Assembly (NCBI RefSeq): GCF_963921235.1 | Contig: NC_086108.1 | Span: forward strand, 4,278,001-4,342,000 | Origin: Mobula hypostoma | Lineage: Eukaryota | Reading direction: 5' to 3' | DNA: 64,000 nucleotides | Shown: one piece after another, positions 37,594-49,209 of the stretch | Layout of the letters: each line of letters starts with the position of its first letter | How positions within the stretch are numbered: position 1 is the stretch's first letter | Made by a program: the position numbers and the translations under genes | The notes under the pieces: generated by a model | Databases searched by the model: none | Told to the model about the DNA's origin: nothing | What the model saw: the letters and a program-made list of their open reading frames with translations, nothing else

Positions 37594-37807
37594 TAGAAAC
37601 ATAGAAAATAGGTGCAGGAGTAGGCCATTCGGCCCTTCGAGCCTGCACCGCCATTTATTATGATCATGGCTGATCATCCAACTCAGAACCCAGCCTTCCC
37701 TCCATACCCCCTGACCCCTGTAGCCACAAGGGCCATATCTAACTTCCTTTTAAACATAGCTAATGAACTGGCCTCAACAGTTTGCTGTGGCAGAGAATTC
37801 CACAGAT
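37594..37807 (-). mobile_element. CR1 family A 3' tail, inverted
   Basis: Reverse complement of the family A 3' end. Confidence 0.9.
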
Positions 37808-38725
37808 GCTGGGTGGCAGTGTTAGCTGTGAGGAGGATGCTAAGAAGATGCAGAGTGACTTGGATAGGTTGGGTGAGTGGGCAAATTCATGGCAGATGCA
37901 ATTTAATGTGGATAAATATGAAGTTATCTACTTTGGTGGCAAAAATAGGAAAACAGATTATTATCTGAATGGTGGCCGATTAGGAAAAGGGGAGGTGCAA
38001 CGAGACCTGGGTGTCATTATACATCAGTCATTGAAAGTGGGCATGCAGGTACAGCAGGCGGTGAAAAAGGCGAATGGTATGCTGGCATTTATAGCGAGAG
38101 GATTCGAGTACAGGAGCAGGGAGGTACTACTGCAGTTGTACAAGGCCTTGGTGAGACCACACCTGGAGTATTGTGTGCAGTTTTGGTCCCCTAATCTGAG
38201 GAAAGACATCCTTGCCATAGAGGGAGTACAAAGAAGGTTCACCAGATTGATTCCTGGGATGGCAGGACTTTCATATGAAGAAAGACTGGATGAACTGGGC
38301 TTGTACTCGTTGGAATTTAGAAGATTGAGGGGGGGATCTGATTGAAATGTATAAAATCCTAAAGGGATTGGACAGGCTAGATGCAGGAAGATTGTTCCCG
38401 ATGTTGGGGAAGTCCAGAACAAGGGGCCACAGTTTGAGGATAAAGGGGAAGCCCTTTAGGACCGAGATGAGGAAAAACTTCTTCACACAGAGAGTGGTGA
38501 ATCTGTGGAATTCTCTGCCACAGCAAACTGTTGAGGCCAGTTCATTGGCTATATTTAAGAGGGAGTTAGATATGGCCCTTGTGGCTACAGGGATCAGGGG
38601 GTATGGAGGGAAGGCTGGGGCGGGGTTCTGAGTTGGATGATCAGCCATGATCATAATAAATGGCGGTGCAGGCTCGAAGGGCCGAATGGCCTACTCCTGC
38701 ACCTATTTTCTATGTTTCTATGTTT
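37808..38725 (+). mobile_element. Young CR1 family A 3' fragment
   Basis: ORFs 37782-38345 and 38347-38631, tail. Confidence 0.95.
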
Positions 38726-39225
38726 CTTCTGCACCCTCTCCAAAGCCTCAACATCCTTCCTACAGTGGGACGACCAGAACTGCATGCAATACTCCAGATG
38801 TGGCCTAACCAGAGTTTTATAAAGTAGCAACATAATCTCTTGACTTTTGAACTCAGTGCCTTGACTAATAAAAACAAGCATTCCATAAGCCTTCTTAATC
38901 ACCTTATCAACCTGAGTAGCCACTTTCAAGGAGCTAATGAAAATTGGTATGGCGTAAAAGATTCTAGCAAATTTCTACAGATGTCCATGGACAGCATTCT
39001 GACTGGGTGCATCACTGTCTGGTGGGTTTCGGAGCAATAGAGGCTGCAGAGGCTGTAGACTCAGCCAGACCCATCATGGGCACAGGGCTCCCCACCGTTG
39101 GGGGAGTATTCTAAAAGTGGTGCTAAAGAGTAAAACTCTACAGTTTAGAAACAGCTCCTTCCCCTCCGCCATCACATTTCCGAATGGCCCATGAAGATTG
39201 ACTTGCTAGTCATTTGAAGCAGTAC

Positions 39226-39780
39226 TGACACAAAATGCTGGAAGAACTCAGTCAGTCAGGCAGCATCCGTGGAAATGAATAAACAGTTGTTGTTTCAGGT
39301 CAAGACCCTTCTTCAGGACTGAACTGGAAGGGGGAAGATGCCAGAATAAAAAGGTGGGGGGGGGAGGGGAAGGAGGATAGCTGGAAGGTGATGGGTGAGG
39401 CCAGGTGAGTGGGAAAGGCCAGGGGCTGGAGAGGAAGGAATCAGATAGGACAGGAGAGTGGACCAGAGGAGAAAGGGAAGGAGGAGAGGACCCAGAGGAG
39501 GTGATAGGCAGGAGAGAAGAGATAAGAGGCCAGAGTGGGGAATAGAAGAGGAGGGGAGGGGGAAGAGAGGATTTTACCGGAAGGCGAAATCAATGTTCAT
39601 GCCACCAGGTTGGAAGCTACCCAAACAGAATATAAGGTGTTGCTCCTCCACATTGAGGGTGGCCTCATCTTGGCACAAGAGGAGGCCATGGACCGACGTG
39701 TCGGAATGGGAATGGGAAGGGGAATTAAACTGTTTGGCCACTGGGAAGTTCCGCTATTGGCAGATGGAGCGGAGGTCGCT
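39226..39780 (-). mobile_element. Penelope-like element 3' end
   Basis: Reverse frame PVAKQFNSPSHSHSD.SVHGLL.CQDEATL..EEQHLIFCLGS.QP.GMNIDF; degenerate hammerhead at 39284-39321. Confidence 0.78.
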
Positions 39781-40077
39781 ATTCCCATCTTTTGCACTAT
39801 TTACTTGTTTATTGTAAGTGATGGTAATTTTTTATGCCTAGCCCTGAGCTGTTGCCGCAAAACAACAAATTTCATGACGGCGTCGTTATGTGACAACAAA
39901 CCTGATTCCGATTCTGAGGTCCAATAGAAACTTACTTGCAGTGGCATCACAGGCCCGGAGCGTACAAAACAACAATGAGAATAAAGGCATTTTAACCATG
40001 AATTACACGTGTATTATGCAAAAAGTGTACAAGAAATGGCTGCATCACCGGCTGGTAGGGGTTGGGGGGGGGGAGAT

Positions 40078-40502
40078 ACTGCACAGGATCGAAGCAAGCT
40101 GCAGAGAGTAGTAAAATCAGTCAGCTCCATCTTGGGTACTAGTCTCAGTGGTGTCCAGGACACCTTTAAGGAGCGATGCCTCAGAAATGTGGCATCCATC
40201 ATTAAGGACCCCCATCACCCGGGACATGTCCTCTTCTCATCAGGGGTGAGGTACAGGAGCCTGAAGACACACACTCAATGATTCAGGAACAGCTTCTTCC
40301 CCTCTGTCAGGTTTCTGAATGAATCCATGAGCACTACCTCACTACTTTCATAATTTCTATTTTGCACGAATTATTTAACTATTTTATAAATATATATACT
40401 TACTGTAATTCAGTCTTTTGTCTATCGCATTGTACTGCTTCCGTAAATTAGAAAGAATTCACTGACATATGCCAGAGATATTAAACCTGATTCTGATTCT
40501 GA
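40078..40502 (+). mobile_element. Rex1/Babar 3' end
   Basis: AQDRSKLQRVVK..SIIKDPHHPGH.LF..SG.RYRSLKT, (GATTCT)n tail. Confidence 0.8.
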
Positions 40503-40645
40503 AAGAACATAACTAAAACAAAAAGGAGTTAGAAAGGCCACTGTGGTGCTACCCTGAGGTGGTGATGAGGATTGAGCAGGTTGGTTCAGCTACTGAATGG
40601 TTGAAGGGAAGTAGCTGTTCCTGAACCTGGTGTCTGTACCTCTTC

Positions 40646-41592
40646 TGCATCTCCAAGTTTGCGGATAACACGAAGCTGGGTGGCAGTGTTAGCTGTGAGG
40701 AGGATGCTAAGAAGATGCAGAGTGACTTGGATAGGTTGGGTGAGTGGGCAAACTCATGGCAGATGCAATTTAATGTGGATAAATGTGAAGTTATCCACTT
40801 TGGTGGCAAAAATAGGAAAACAGATTATTATCTGAATGGTGGCCGATTAGGAAAAGGGGAGGTGCAACGAGACCTGGGTGTCATTATACACCAGTCATTG
40901 AAAGTGGGCATACAGGTACAGCAGGCGGTGAAAAAGGCGAATGGTATGCTGGCATTTATAGCGAGAGGATTCGAGTACAGGAGCAGGGAGGTACTACTGC
41001 AGTTGTACAAGGCCTTGGTGAGACCACACCTGGAGTATTGTGTGCAGTTCTGGTCCCCTAATCTGAGGAAAGACAGCTTTGCCATAGAGGGAGTACAAAG
41101 AAGGTTCACCAGATTGATTCCTGGGATGGCAGGACTTTCATATGAAGAAAGACTGGATGAACTGGGCTTGTACTCGTTGGAATTTAGAAGATTGAGGGGG
41201 GATCTGATTGAAACGTATAAGATCCTAAAGGGATTGGACAGGCTAGATGCAGGAAGATTGTTCCCGATGTTGGGGAAGTCCAGAACGAGGGGTCACAGTT
41301 TGAGGATAGAGGGGAAGCCTTTTAGGACCGAGATTAGGAAAAACTTCTTCACACAGAGAGTGGTGAATCTGTGGAATTCTCTGTAACAGCAAACTGTTGA
41401 GGCCAGTTCATTGGCTATGTTTAAGAGGGAGTTAGATATGGCCCTTGTGGCTACAGGGGTTAGGGGGTATGGAGGGAAGGCTGGGGCGGGGTTCTGAGTT
41501 GGATGATCAGCCATGATCATAATAAATGGCGGTGCAGGCTCGAAGGGCCGAATGGCCTACTCCTGCACCTATTTTCTATATTTCTATGTTTC
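40646..41592 (+). mobile_element. Young CR1 family A 3' fragment
   Basis: ORF 40715-41386 and tail; interrupts a minus Rex1 remnant. Confidence 0.95.
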
Positions 41593-41643
41593 CCCAGTGG
41601 GAGCTGTGAGAAGATGGCCTGGCCCAGATGGTGGAGATCTTGA

Positions 41644-44450
41644 TGGAATTATGATGTAGTGGCCATTACAGAGACTTGGCTGGCACCAGGGCAGGAATGG
41701 ATTCTCAATATTCCTGGATTTCAGTGCTTTAAAAGGGATAGAGAGAGGGGAGGAGGGGTGGCATTACTGGTCAGGGATACTATTACAGCTACAAAAAGGG
41801 TGGGTAATGTAGCAGGATCCTCTTTTGAGTCAATATGGCTGGAAGTCAGGAACAGGAAGGGAGCAGTTACTCTACTGGGGGTATTCTATAGGCCCCCTGA
41901 TAGCAGCAGAGATACCGAGGAGCAGATTGGGAGGCAGATTTTGGAAAGGTGCAAAAATAACAGGGTTGTTATCATGGGTGACTTTAACTTCCCTAATATT
42001 GATTGGCACCTGATTAGTTCCAAGGGCTTAGATGGGGCAGAATTTGTTAAGTGTGTCCAGGACGGATTCCTGTCACAGTATGTGGACAGGCCGACCAGGG
42101 GGAATGCCATACTAGATCTAGTACTAGGTAATGAACCGGGTCAGGTCACAGATCTCTCAGTGGGTGAGCATCTGGGGGACAGTTACCACCGCTCCCTGGC
42201 CTTTATAATTATCATGGAAAAGGATAGAATCAAAGAGGACAGGAAAATTTTTAATTGGGGAAAGGCAAATTATGAGGCTATAAGGCTAGAACTTGCGGGT
42301 GTGAATTGGGATGATGTTTTTGCAGGGAAATGTACTATGGACATGTGGTCGATGTTTAGAGATCTCTTGCGGGATGTAAGGGATAAATTTGTCCCGGTGA
42401 GGAAGATAAAGAATGGTAGGGTGAAGGAACTATGGGTGACAAGTGAGGTGGAAAATCTAGTCAGGTGGAAGAAGGGAGCATACATGAGGTTTAGGAAGCA
42501 AGGATCAGATGGGTCTATTGAGGAATATAGGGAAGCGAGAAAGGAGCTTAAGAAGGGGCTGAGAAGAGCAAGAAGGGGGCATGAGAAGGCCTTGGCGAGT
42601 AGGGTAAAGGAAAACCCCAAGGCATTCTTCAATTATGTGAAGAAAAAAAGGATGACAGGAGTGAAGGTAGGACCGATTAGAGATAAAGTTGGGAAGATGT
42701 GCCTGGAGGCTGTGGAAGTGAGTGAGGTCCTCAATGAATACTTCTCTTCAGTATTCACCAATGAGAGGGAACTTGATGACGGTGAGGACAATATGGGTGA
42801 GGTTGGTGTTCTGGAGCATGCTGATATTAAGGGAGAGGAGGTGTTGGAGTTGTTAAAATACATTAGGACGGATAAGTCCCCGGGGCCTGATGGAATATTC
42901 CCCAGGCTGCTCCACGAGGCGAGAGAAGAGATTGCTGAGCCTCTAGCTAGGATCTTTATGTCCTCGTTGTCCACGGGAATGGTACCGGAGGATTGGAGGG
43001 AGGCGAATGTTGTTCCCTTGTTCAAAAAAGGTAGTAGGGATAGTCCAGGTAATTATAGACCAGTGAGCCTTACGTCTGTGGTGGGAAAGCTGTTGGAAAA
43101 GATTCTTAGAGATAGGATCTATAGGCATTTAGAGAATCATGGTCTGATCAGGGACAGTCAGCATGGCTTTGTGAAGGGCAGATGGTGTCTAACAAGCCTG
43201 ATTGAGTTCTTTGAGGAGGTAACCAGGCATATAGATGAGGGTAGTGCAGTGGATGTGATCTATATGGATTTTAGTAAGGCATTTGACAAGGTTCCACACG
43301 GTAGGCTTATTCAGAAAGTCAGAAGGCATGGGATCCAGGGAAGTTTGGCCAGGTGGATTCAGAATTGGCTTGCCTGCAGAAAGCAGAGGGTGGTGGTGGA
43401 GGGAGTACATTCAGATTGGAGGATTGTGACTAGTGGTGTCCCACAAGGATCTGTTCTGGGACCTCTACTTTTCGCGATTTTTATTAACGACCTGGATGTG
43501 GGGGTAGAAGGGTGGGTTGGCAAGTTTGCAGACGACACAAAGGTTGGTGGTGTTGTAGATAGTGTAGAAGTTTGTCAAAGATTGCAGAGAGACATTGATA
43601 GGATGCAGAAGTGGGCTGAGAAGTGGCAGATGGAGTTCAACCCAGAGAAGTGTGAGGTGGTACACCTTGGAAGGACAAACTCCAAGGCAGAGTACAAAGT
43701 AAATGGCAGGATACTTGGTAGTGTGGAGGAGCAGAGGGATCTGGGGGTACATGTCCACAGATCTCTGAAAGTTGCCTCACAGGTAGATAGGGTAGTTAAG
43801 AAAGCTTATGGGGTGTTAGCTTTCATAAGTCGAGGGATAGAGTTTAAGAGTTGCGATGCAATGATGCAGCTCTATGAAACTCTGGTTAGGCCACACTTGG
43901 GGTACTGTGTCCAGTTCTGGTCACCTCACTATAGGAAGGATGTGGAAGCATTGGAAAGGGTACAGACGAGATTTACCAGGATGCTGCCTGGTTTAGAAAG
44001 TATGCATTATGATCAGAGATTAAGGGAGCTAGGGCTTTACTCTTTGGAGAGAAGGAGGATGAGAGGAGACATAATAGAGGTGTACAAGATAATAAGAGGA
44101 ATAGATAGAGTGGATAGCCAGCGCCTCTTCCCCAGGGCACCACTGCTCAATACAAGAGGACATGGCTTTAAGGTAAGGGGTGGGAAGTTCAAGGGGGACA
44201 TTAGAGGAAGGTTTTTTACTCAGAGAGTGGTTGGTGCGTGGAATGCACTGCCTGAGTCAGTGGTGGAGGCAGATACACTAGTGAAGTTTAAGAGACTACT
44301 AGACAGGTATATGGAGGAATCTAAGGTGGGGGCTTATATGGGAGGCAGGGTTTGAGGGTCGGCACAACATTGTGGGCCGAAGGGCCTTTACTGTGCTGTA
44401 CTATTCTATGTTCTATGTTCTATGTTCTATGTTCTATGTTCTATGTTCTA
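41644..44450 (+). mobile_element. Young CR1 family B with uninterrupted EN-RT frame (41659-44355), 5' truncated
   Basis: AITETW, GVFYRPP, MGDFN, YMDFSKAFDKV, KFADD; (TATGTTC)n tail about 44404-44450; lacks ORF1 and the EN N-terminus. Confidence 0.96.
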
Positions 44451-44539
44451 TCTTTGATGATGGGAGCCTGATGGGAGCTGTGAGAAGATGGCCTGGCCCA
44501 GATGGTGGAGATTTTGATGATGGATGACGCCTTGAATTA

Positions 44540-45195
44540 GAGTCATGGAAAAGTACAGCACAGAAACAGGCCCTTCAGCCCATCTAGTCCATGCCAAAAC
44601 CATTTAAACTGACTCCTCCCATTGACCTGCATTGGGACCACAGCCCTCCATACCCCTACCATCCATGTACCTATCCACCACTTGCCCTGGCCGCTCGTTC
44701 CACACTGTCTCCACCCTCTGAGTGAAAACGTTTCCCCTCATGTTCTCTTTAAAATGTTCACCTTTCACCCCTAACCCATGACCTCTGGTTGCTGTCCCAC
44801 CCAACCTCAGTGGAAAAAGTCCCCTCACATTTACCCTAACTATACCCGTCATAATTTTGTAAAACCTTTATCAAATCTCCTTTCAATCTTCTATATCTCA
44901 AGGAATGAAGTCCTAACCTATTCAATCTTTCCTTATAACTCAGGCTCTCCAGATCCGGCAACATCCTTGTAAATTTTCTCTGTACTCTTTCAACTCTATT
45001 TACATCATTATGGCAGGTAGGTGACCAAAACTGCATACAATACTCCAAATTAGGCCTCACCAATGTCTTGTACAACTTCAACATAACATCTCATCTCCTG
45101 TACTCAATGCATTGATTTACGGAGGCCTATTTGCCCAAAAGCTGTCTTTACGACCCTATTTACATGTGCTGGCACTTTCAATGAACTGTGGACCT
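44540..45195 (-). mobile_element. Older CR1 3' fragment
   Basis: ORFs 44604-44852 and 44836-45084. Confidence 0.85.
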
Positions 45196-45198
45196 AAT

Positions 45199-45516
45199 TG
45201 TAGTTGTGTGGGGTTGTGGCTTATTTGTGAGTCAAAATCCGCTTCTACTGTGCCAACACCTTGACTATAAAGAATAGCATGTGCTCCTTTGTTTAAGGCA
45301 TGCTACACGGAACCATCAGGAAAGTTTGCTCTGCGCGCACATTTAGCTAAGTATCTGTTTGTTGAATGTTTAGTTTTGTAGTCTGTGCAATTTGGAGGGA
45401 CTTAAAAGTTTGGTCGAATCTCTTTTATTGTTTGTGAATAAATGATCACTGTGCTTACTCATAATTAGTGTCTTCTGTCTCACTCTCCAAACTCGTGAAC
45501 CTGCTTCCATGTTACA
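45199..45516 (+). mobile_element. Candidate solo LTR
   Basis: TGTA...TACA termini, TATAAA at 45265, AATAAA at 45437, AP-1-like TGAGTCA; no clean TSD. Confidence 0.45.
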
Positions 45517-45624
45517 TATAGCTGATTTTTTATTTTCTAGAAGCTTCTCCTCAACCTTTCACATGCCAGGAATCTATTTCATAGGTTATTCCTTATCACT
45601 GGGATGTGTGTTTCCTGTCTGGTC

Positions 45625-45704
45625 CAGGGGTTCCCGATCTTTTTAATGCCATGGACCAATACCGTTAAGCAAGAGATCTGTGAACCCCAAGCTGGGAACC
45701 CCTG
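45625..45704. mobile_element. 80-bp hAT (Charlie-like) MITE
   Basis: TIRs CAGGGGTTCCC / GGGAACCCCTG; 8-bp flanks gtctggtc / ctttagtc (5 of 8 match). Confidence 0.7.
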
Positions 45705-46119
45705 CTTTAGTCTGAGCTGGTGTTAAATACAAGACAACCACAACATGATTGTTGTTCCTCGTTGTTCTCCTCCTTCACACTCTACCTCTCTCTCTTGCTC
45801 TCTCCCTCACCATAGAGTGAATAGGTTATTGTTATTTTATTTGTTATGAACAACCAATAAAACAGCTGTAATCACAAGACTTGCGCCTCATTCCCAACTC
45901 CCAGAAGAACCTTCTGGAACAAAATATTGATGCTTGATGGAGTGAGGTGTAGGGAAAGTCAGTTTACACCCTTCCATACTGTCCGGCTATGTGTCTGATG
46001 AAGTTTGACTGTGTACTTTTGTAAGCTGGACTTGTGGGATTCACTAAAGAGTGAAATTTCAGTTTTCATGAGGTTATATTGCTGTACAGGAGATTGTTCA
46101 GCCAGTTAGGTCAATGCTA

Positions 46120-46780
46120 GAGGACCTCATTGAAATCTATTGAATATTGAAAGGCCTAGAAAGAGTGACTGTTTCCTATAGTGGGAAGTTTATGAGAATG
46201 ATTCTGGGAATGAAAGGGTTAATATTTGAGGAGTATCTGATGGCTCTGGGCCTGTACTCATCGGAGTTTATGGGGGAGAGTGCAATCTCACTGAAAATTA
46301 CCAAATATTGTAATATTGAAATGCCTTGATAGAGTGGGTGGAGAGGATGTTTCCAATAGTGAGAGGTTTATGAGAATGATCCCAGGAATGAAAGGGTTAA
46401 TGTATGAGGAGCGTTTGATGGCTCTGGGACTGTACGCACTGGAGTTCAGAAGAATGAGGTGGGACTTCATTGAAACCTATCGAATATTGAAAGGCCTTGA
46501 TAGAGCGGATGTGGAGTGGGTGTTTCCTATGCTGGGGGCATCTAGGACCAGAGGGCACAGCCTGAGAGTAGAGGGACGTCCCTTTAGAACAGAGATGAAA
46601 AGGAATTTCCTTAGCCAGAGAGTGGTGAGTCTGTGGAATTCATGGCCACAGATGGCAGAAGAGGCCAGGTCATTGGGTCATTGGGTCATTGGGTCATTGG
46701 GTCATTGGGTGGAGCTTGATAGGTTCTCAATTAGTCAGGGCATCAAAGCTTACAGGCAGATACCAGAGTGGGGTTGAGAA
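46120..46780 (+). mobile_element. CR1 3' fragments with internal duplications and a (GGTCATTG)n repeat
   Basis: ORF 46316-46777; octamer repeat about 46668-46710. Confidence 0.8.
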
Positions 46781-47100
46781 GAAAATATTGGTTGGTTCTT
46801 GAAGGGAGGTGTTTGGAGGAGGGGGAAGGTGGGTGGGGGAGAGGAAATGAAATGAGAATCTGGGGGGGGGTGGGGTTGATAGGCAGAAACCAATGCTGGG
46901 GAATAGGGGGAGGCTGCAACTGTCCAGAAAATTGGAAACTTATCATAGAACATGGAAGAGTACAGCACAGAAACAGGCCATTCGGCCCACAATGTTGTGC
47001 CAAACCAACTATAAAGTAAATCAAAAACACCCAAACACTAATCCCTCCTCCCTACACCATGTCCACATCCCTCCACCTTCCTCACATCCATGTGCCCATC

Positions 47101-47645
47101 CATGATATGTCTATCCACGGCCTCCTCTACTGTCAAGATGAAGCCACACTCAGGTTGGAGGAACAACACCTTATATTCTGTCTGGGTAGCCTCCAACCTG
47201 ATGGCATGAACATTAACTTCTCTAACTTCTGTTAATGCCCCTCCTCCCCCTCATACCCCATCCGTTATTTATTTATCATACACACACACACACATTCTTT
47301 TTCTCTCTCTCCTTTTTCTCCCTCTGTCCCTCTGACTATACCCCTTGCCCATCCTCTGGGTTTTTCCCCCCTCCCCCTTTTCTTTCTCCCCTAGGCCTCC
47401 TGTCCCATGATCCTCTCATATCCCCTTTGCCAATCACCTGTCCAGCTCTTGGCTCCATCCCTCCCCCTCCTGTCTTCTCCTATCATTTTGGATCTCCCCC
47501 TCCTCCTCCCGCTTTCAAATCTCTTACTCACTCTTCCTTCAGTTAGTCCTGACGAAGGGTCTCGGCCTGAAACGTCGACTGCACCTCTTCCGAGAGATGC
47601 TGCCTGGCCTGCTGTGTTCACCAGCAACTTTGATGTGTGTTGCTG
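47101..47645 (+). mobile_element. Penelope-like element 3' end (GIY-YIG C-terminus and pseudo-LTR)
   Basis: DMSIHGLLYCQDEATLRLEEQHLIFCLGSLQPDGMNINFSNFC, stop at 47233-47235, followed by a pyrimidine-rich tract and a hammerhead. Confidence 0.85.
47545..47580 (+). ncRNA. Minimal type I hammerhead ribozyme
   Basis: AGTC-CTGACGA-A-GGGT CTCG GCCT-GAAA-CG-TC|GACT: stem I AGTC/GACT, complete catalytic core, stem II, GUC cleavage triplet. Confidence 0.75.
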
Positions 47646-48350
47646 TTTACAGTAGTCCTTTTTCCCGCTGTCACTCCAGAATATTCTTATCTGGCAGTTA
47701 AGTTTCTGCAGGAAAGGATGTGGGTTGATTTTTTCTAATGCACACAAGACTTTGTGCTGTCAATTAGTTTTTAATTCCTGGAGGCTGTAGAGCTGGGCTA
47801 CCCCGCAGTAGAGAGGATTGGCTGGTTAGCCCTCAGAGCTGATGAGTACTCAGATCCCTCCAACAGTCACGGCACAGATTGTCTGCCTCCAAGGGTCAGT
47901 GGTAATGAGGGAATAAAAGTCTCTGCGGAGGTCCATTTGAAGGCATTAGTCTCCATACCAATTAGTGTCTGGGGACTGCAAATTGCGATTAACACTTGAA
48001 GAACTCACTAAAGGAGAAGCGAAACAAATCCCCTGGGAATTCCAATCACAGATGGGACTCTCTATGATATGCAGTGTTTAACCCAGGAGCCAATGTTCCC
48101 TCTGCAGCTCTTTTCACCAGCAAATGGGATTGCCTTACTGTTGCTTGGCCGATCTGAGGTCTGCATCGAAGCTCAAAGGCCAGTTGAGAGTCCAGTAGTT
48201 GAGGCCCAATGGAGAATTTCTGTGAGTCCGCTGGGGAAGCCAGGGCCCAGTGTCAGCGAATCCACGAGTCAGCTGGAGGCCAAAGATGTCCTCTCTTGTG
48301 GTGAGCACTGTGTATGTGGGTGGGTCGGAGGAACAGGACGTGTTTCGGGC

Positions 48351-48485
48351 CCTGACGAAGGGTCTCGGCCTGAAACGTCGACTGCACCTCTTCCTACAGA
48401 TGCTGCCTGGCCTGCTGCATTCACCAGCAACTTTGATGTGTGTTGCTTGAATTTCCAGCACCTGCAGAATTCCTGTTGTTTGTGT
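48351..48485 (+). mobile_element. Short Penelope-like terminal fragment with hammerhead core
   Basis: CCTGACGAAGGGTCTCGGCCTGAAACGTCGACTGCACCTCTTCC, identical to 47548 onward. Confidence 0.8.
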
Positions 48486-48534
48486 TTCGGATTTGTTGCA
48501 TGGTCATCTGCGCTGTGTCGTATGACATCATCAT

Positions 48535-48895
48535 TTTGTGCCATGTCATATGCCGTGGGTGATCATGGTCTATCCGCGACCATGATTGTTCTTGGCAAAC
48601 TTTTCTTTCAGAAGTGGTTTGCCATTACCTTCCTCTGGGCAGTGTCTTTACAAGACGGGTGACCCCAGCCATTATCAATACTCTTCAGGGATTGTCTGCC
48701 TGGTGTCAGTGGTCACATAACCAGGACTTGTGATATGAACCAGCTGCTCATACGAACATCCACCACCTGCTCCCACGGCTTCACGTGACCCTGATCAGGG
48801 GCTGAGCGGGTGCCAAGGGTAACCTAAAGGCTAGTAGAGCGAAGGAAAACCTTACACCTCCTTTGTTAGAGACGTATCTCCACCCCGCCACCCAC
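48535..48895 (-). mobile_element. SINE-like element with RTE/BovB-type tail
   Basis: Matches the 16870 and 35510 copies. Confidence 0.65.
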
Positions 48896-49209
48896 GTCAA
48901 CTCTCACCAGTTTTTACTGATGTACCATATAAAGTTTTCTGTCTGGGTACATCATGGCTTGGTACAATATCCGTTCTGCACATGACCTCAAGAAACTGCA
49001 GAGAGCTGTGGACCCTGCTCAGTGTATTGAAGGAACCAGCCTCCCTTCTGTGGATTTCTTCAATACCTCTTATTGCCTCAGTAAAACAGCTCGCATTATC
49101 AAAGATCCCAACCATTCCCTCTTCTCCCCCTTCCATCATGCCTACAAAAGGAGGAAATCAAGGACAGCTTCTACCCATTGTTATCAGACTCTTGAAAGGA
49201 CTCCTAGAT

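Noticed and set aside
44400..44450. Regular short repeats as a CRISPR-like array
   Set aside because: Simple CR1 tail microsatellite without spacers; eukaryotic context
47839..47855. CTGATGAGTACTCAGAT as another hammerhead
   Set aside because: Lacks the GAAA core and cleavage triplet
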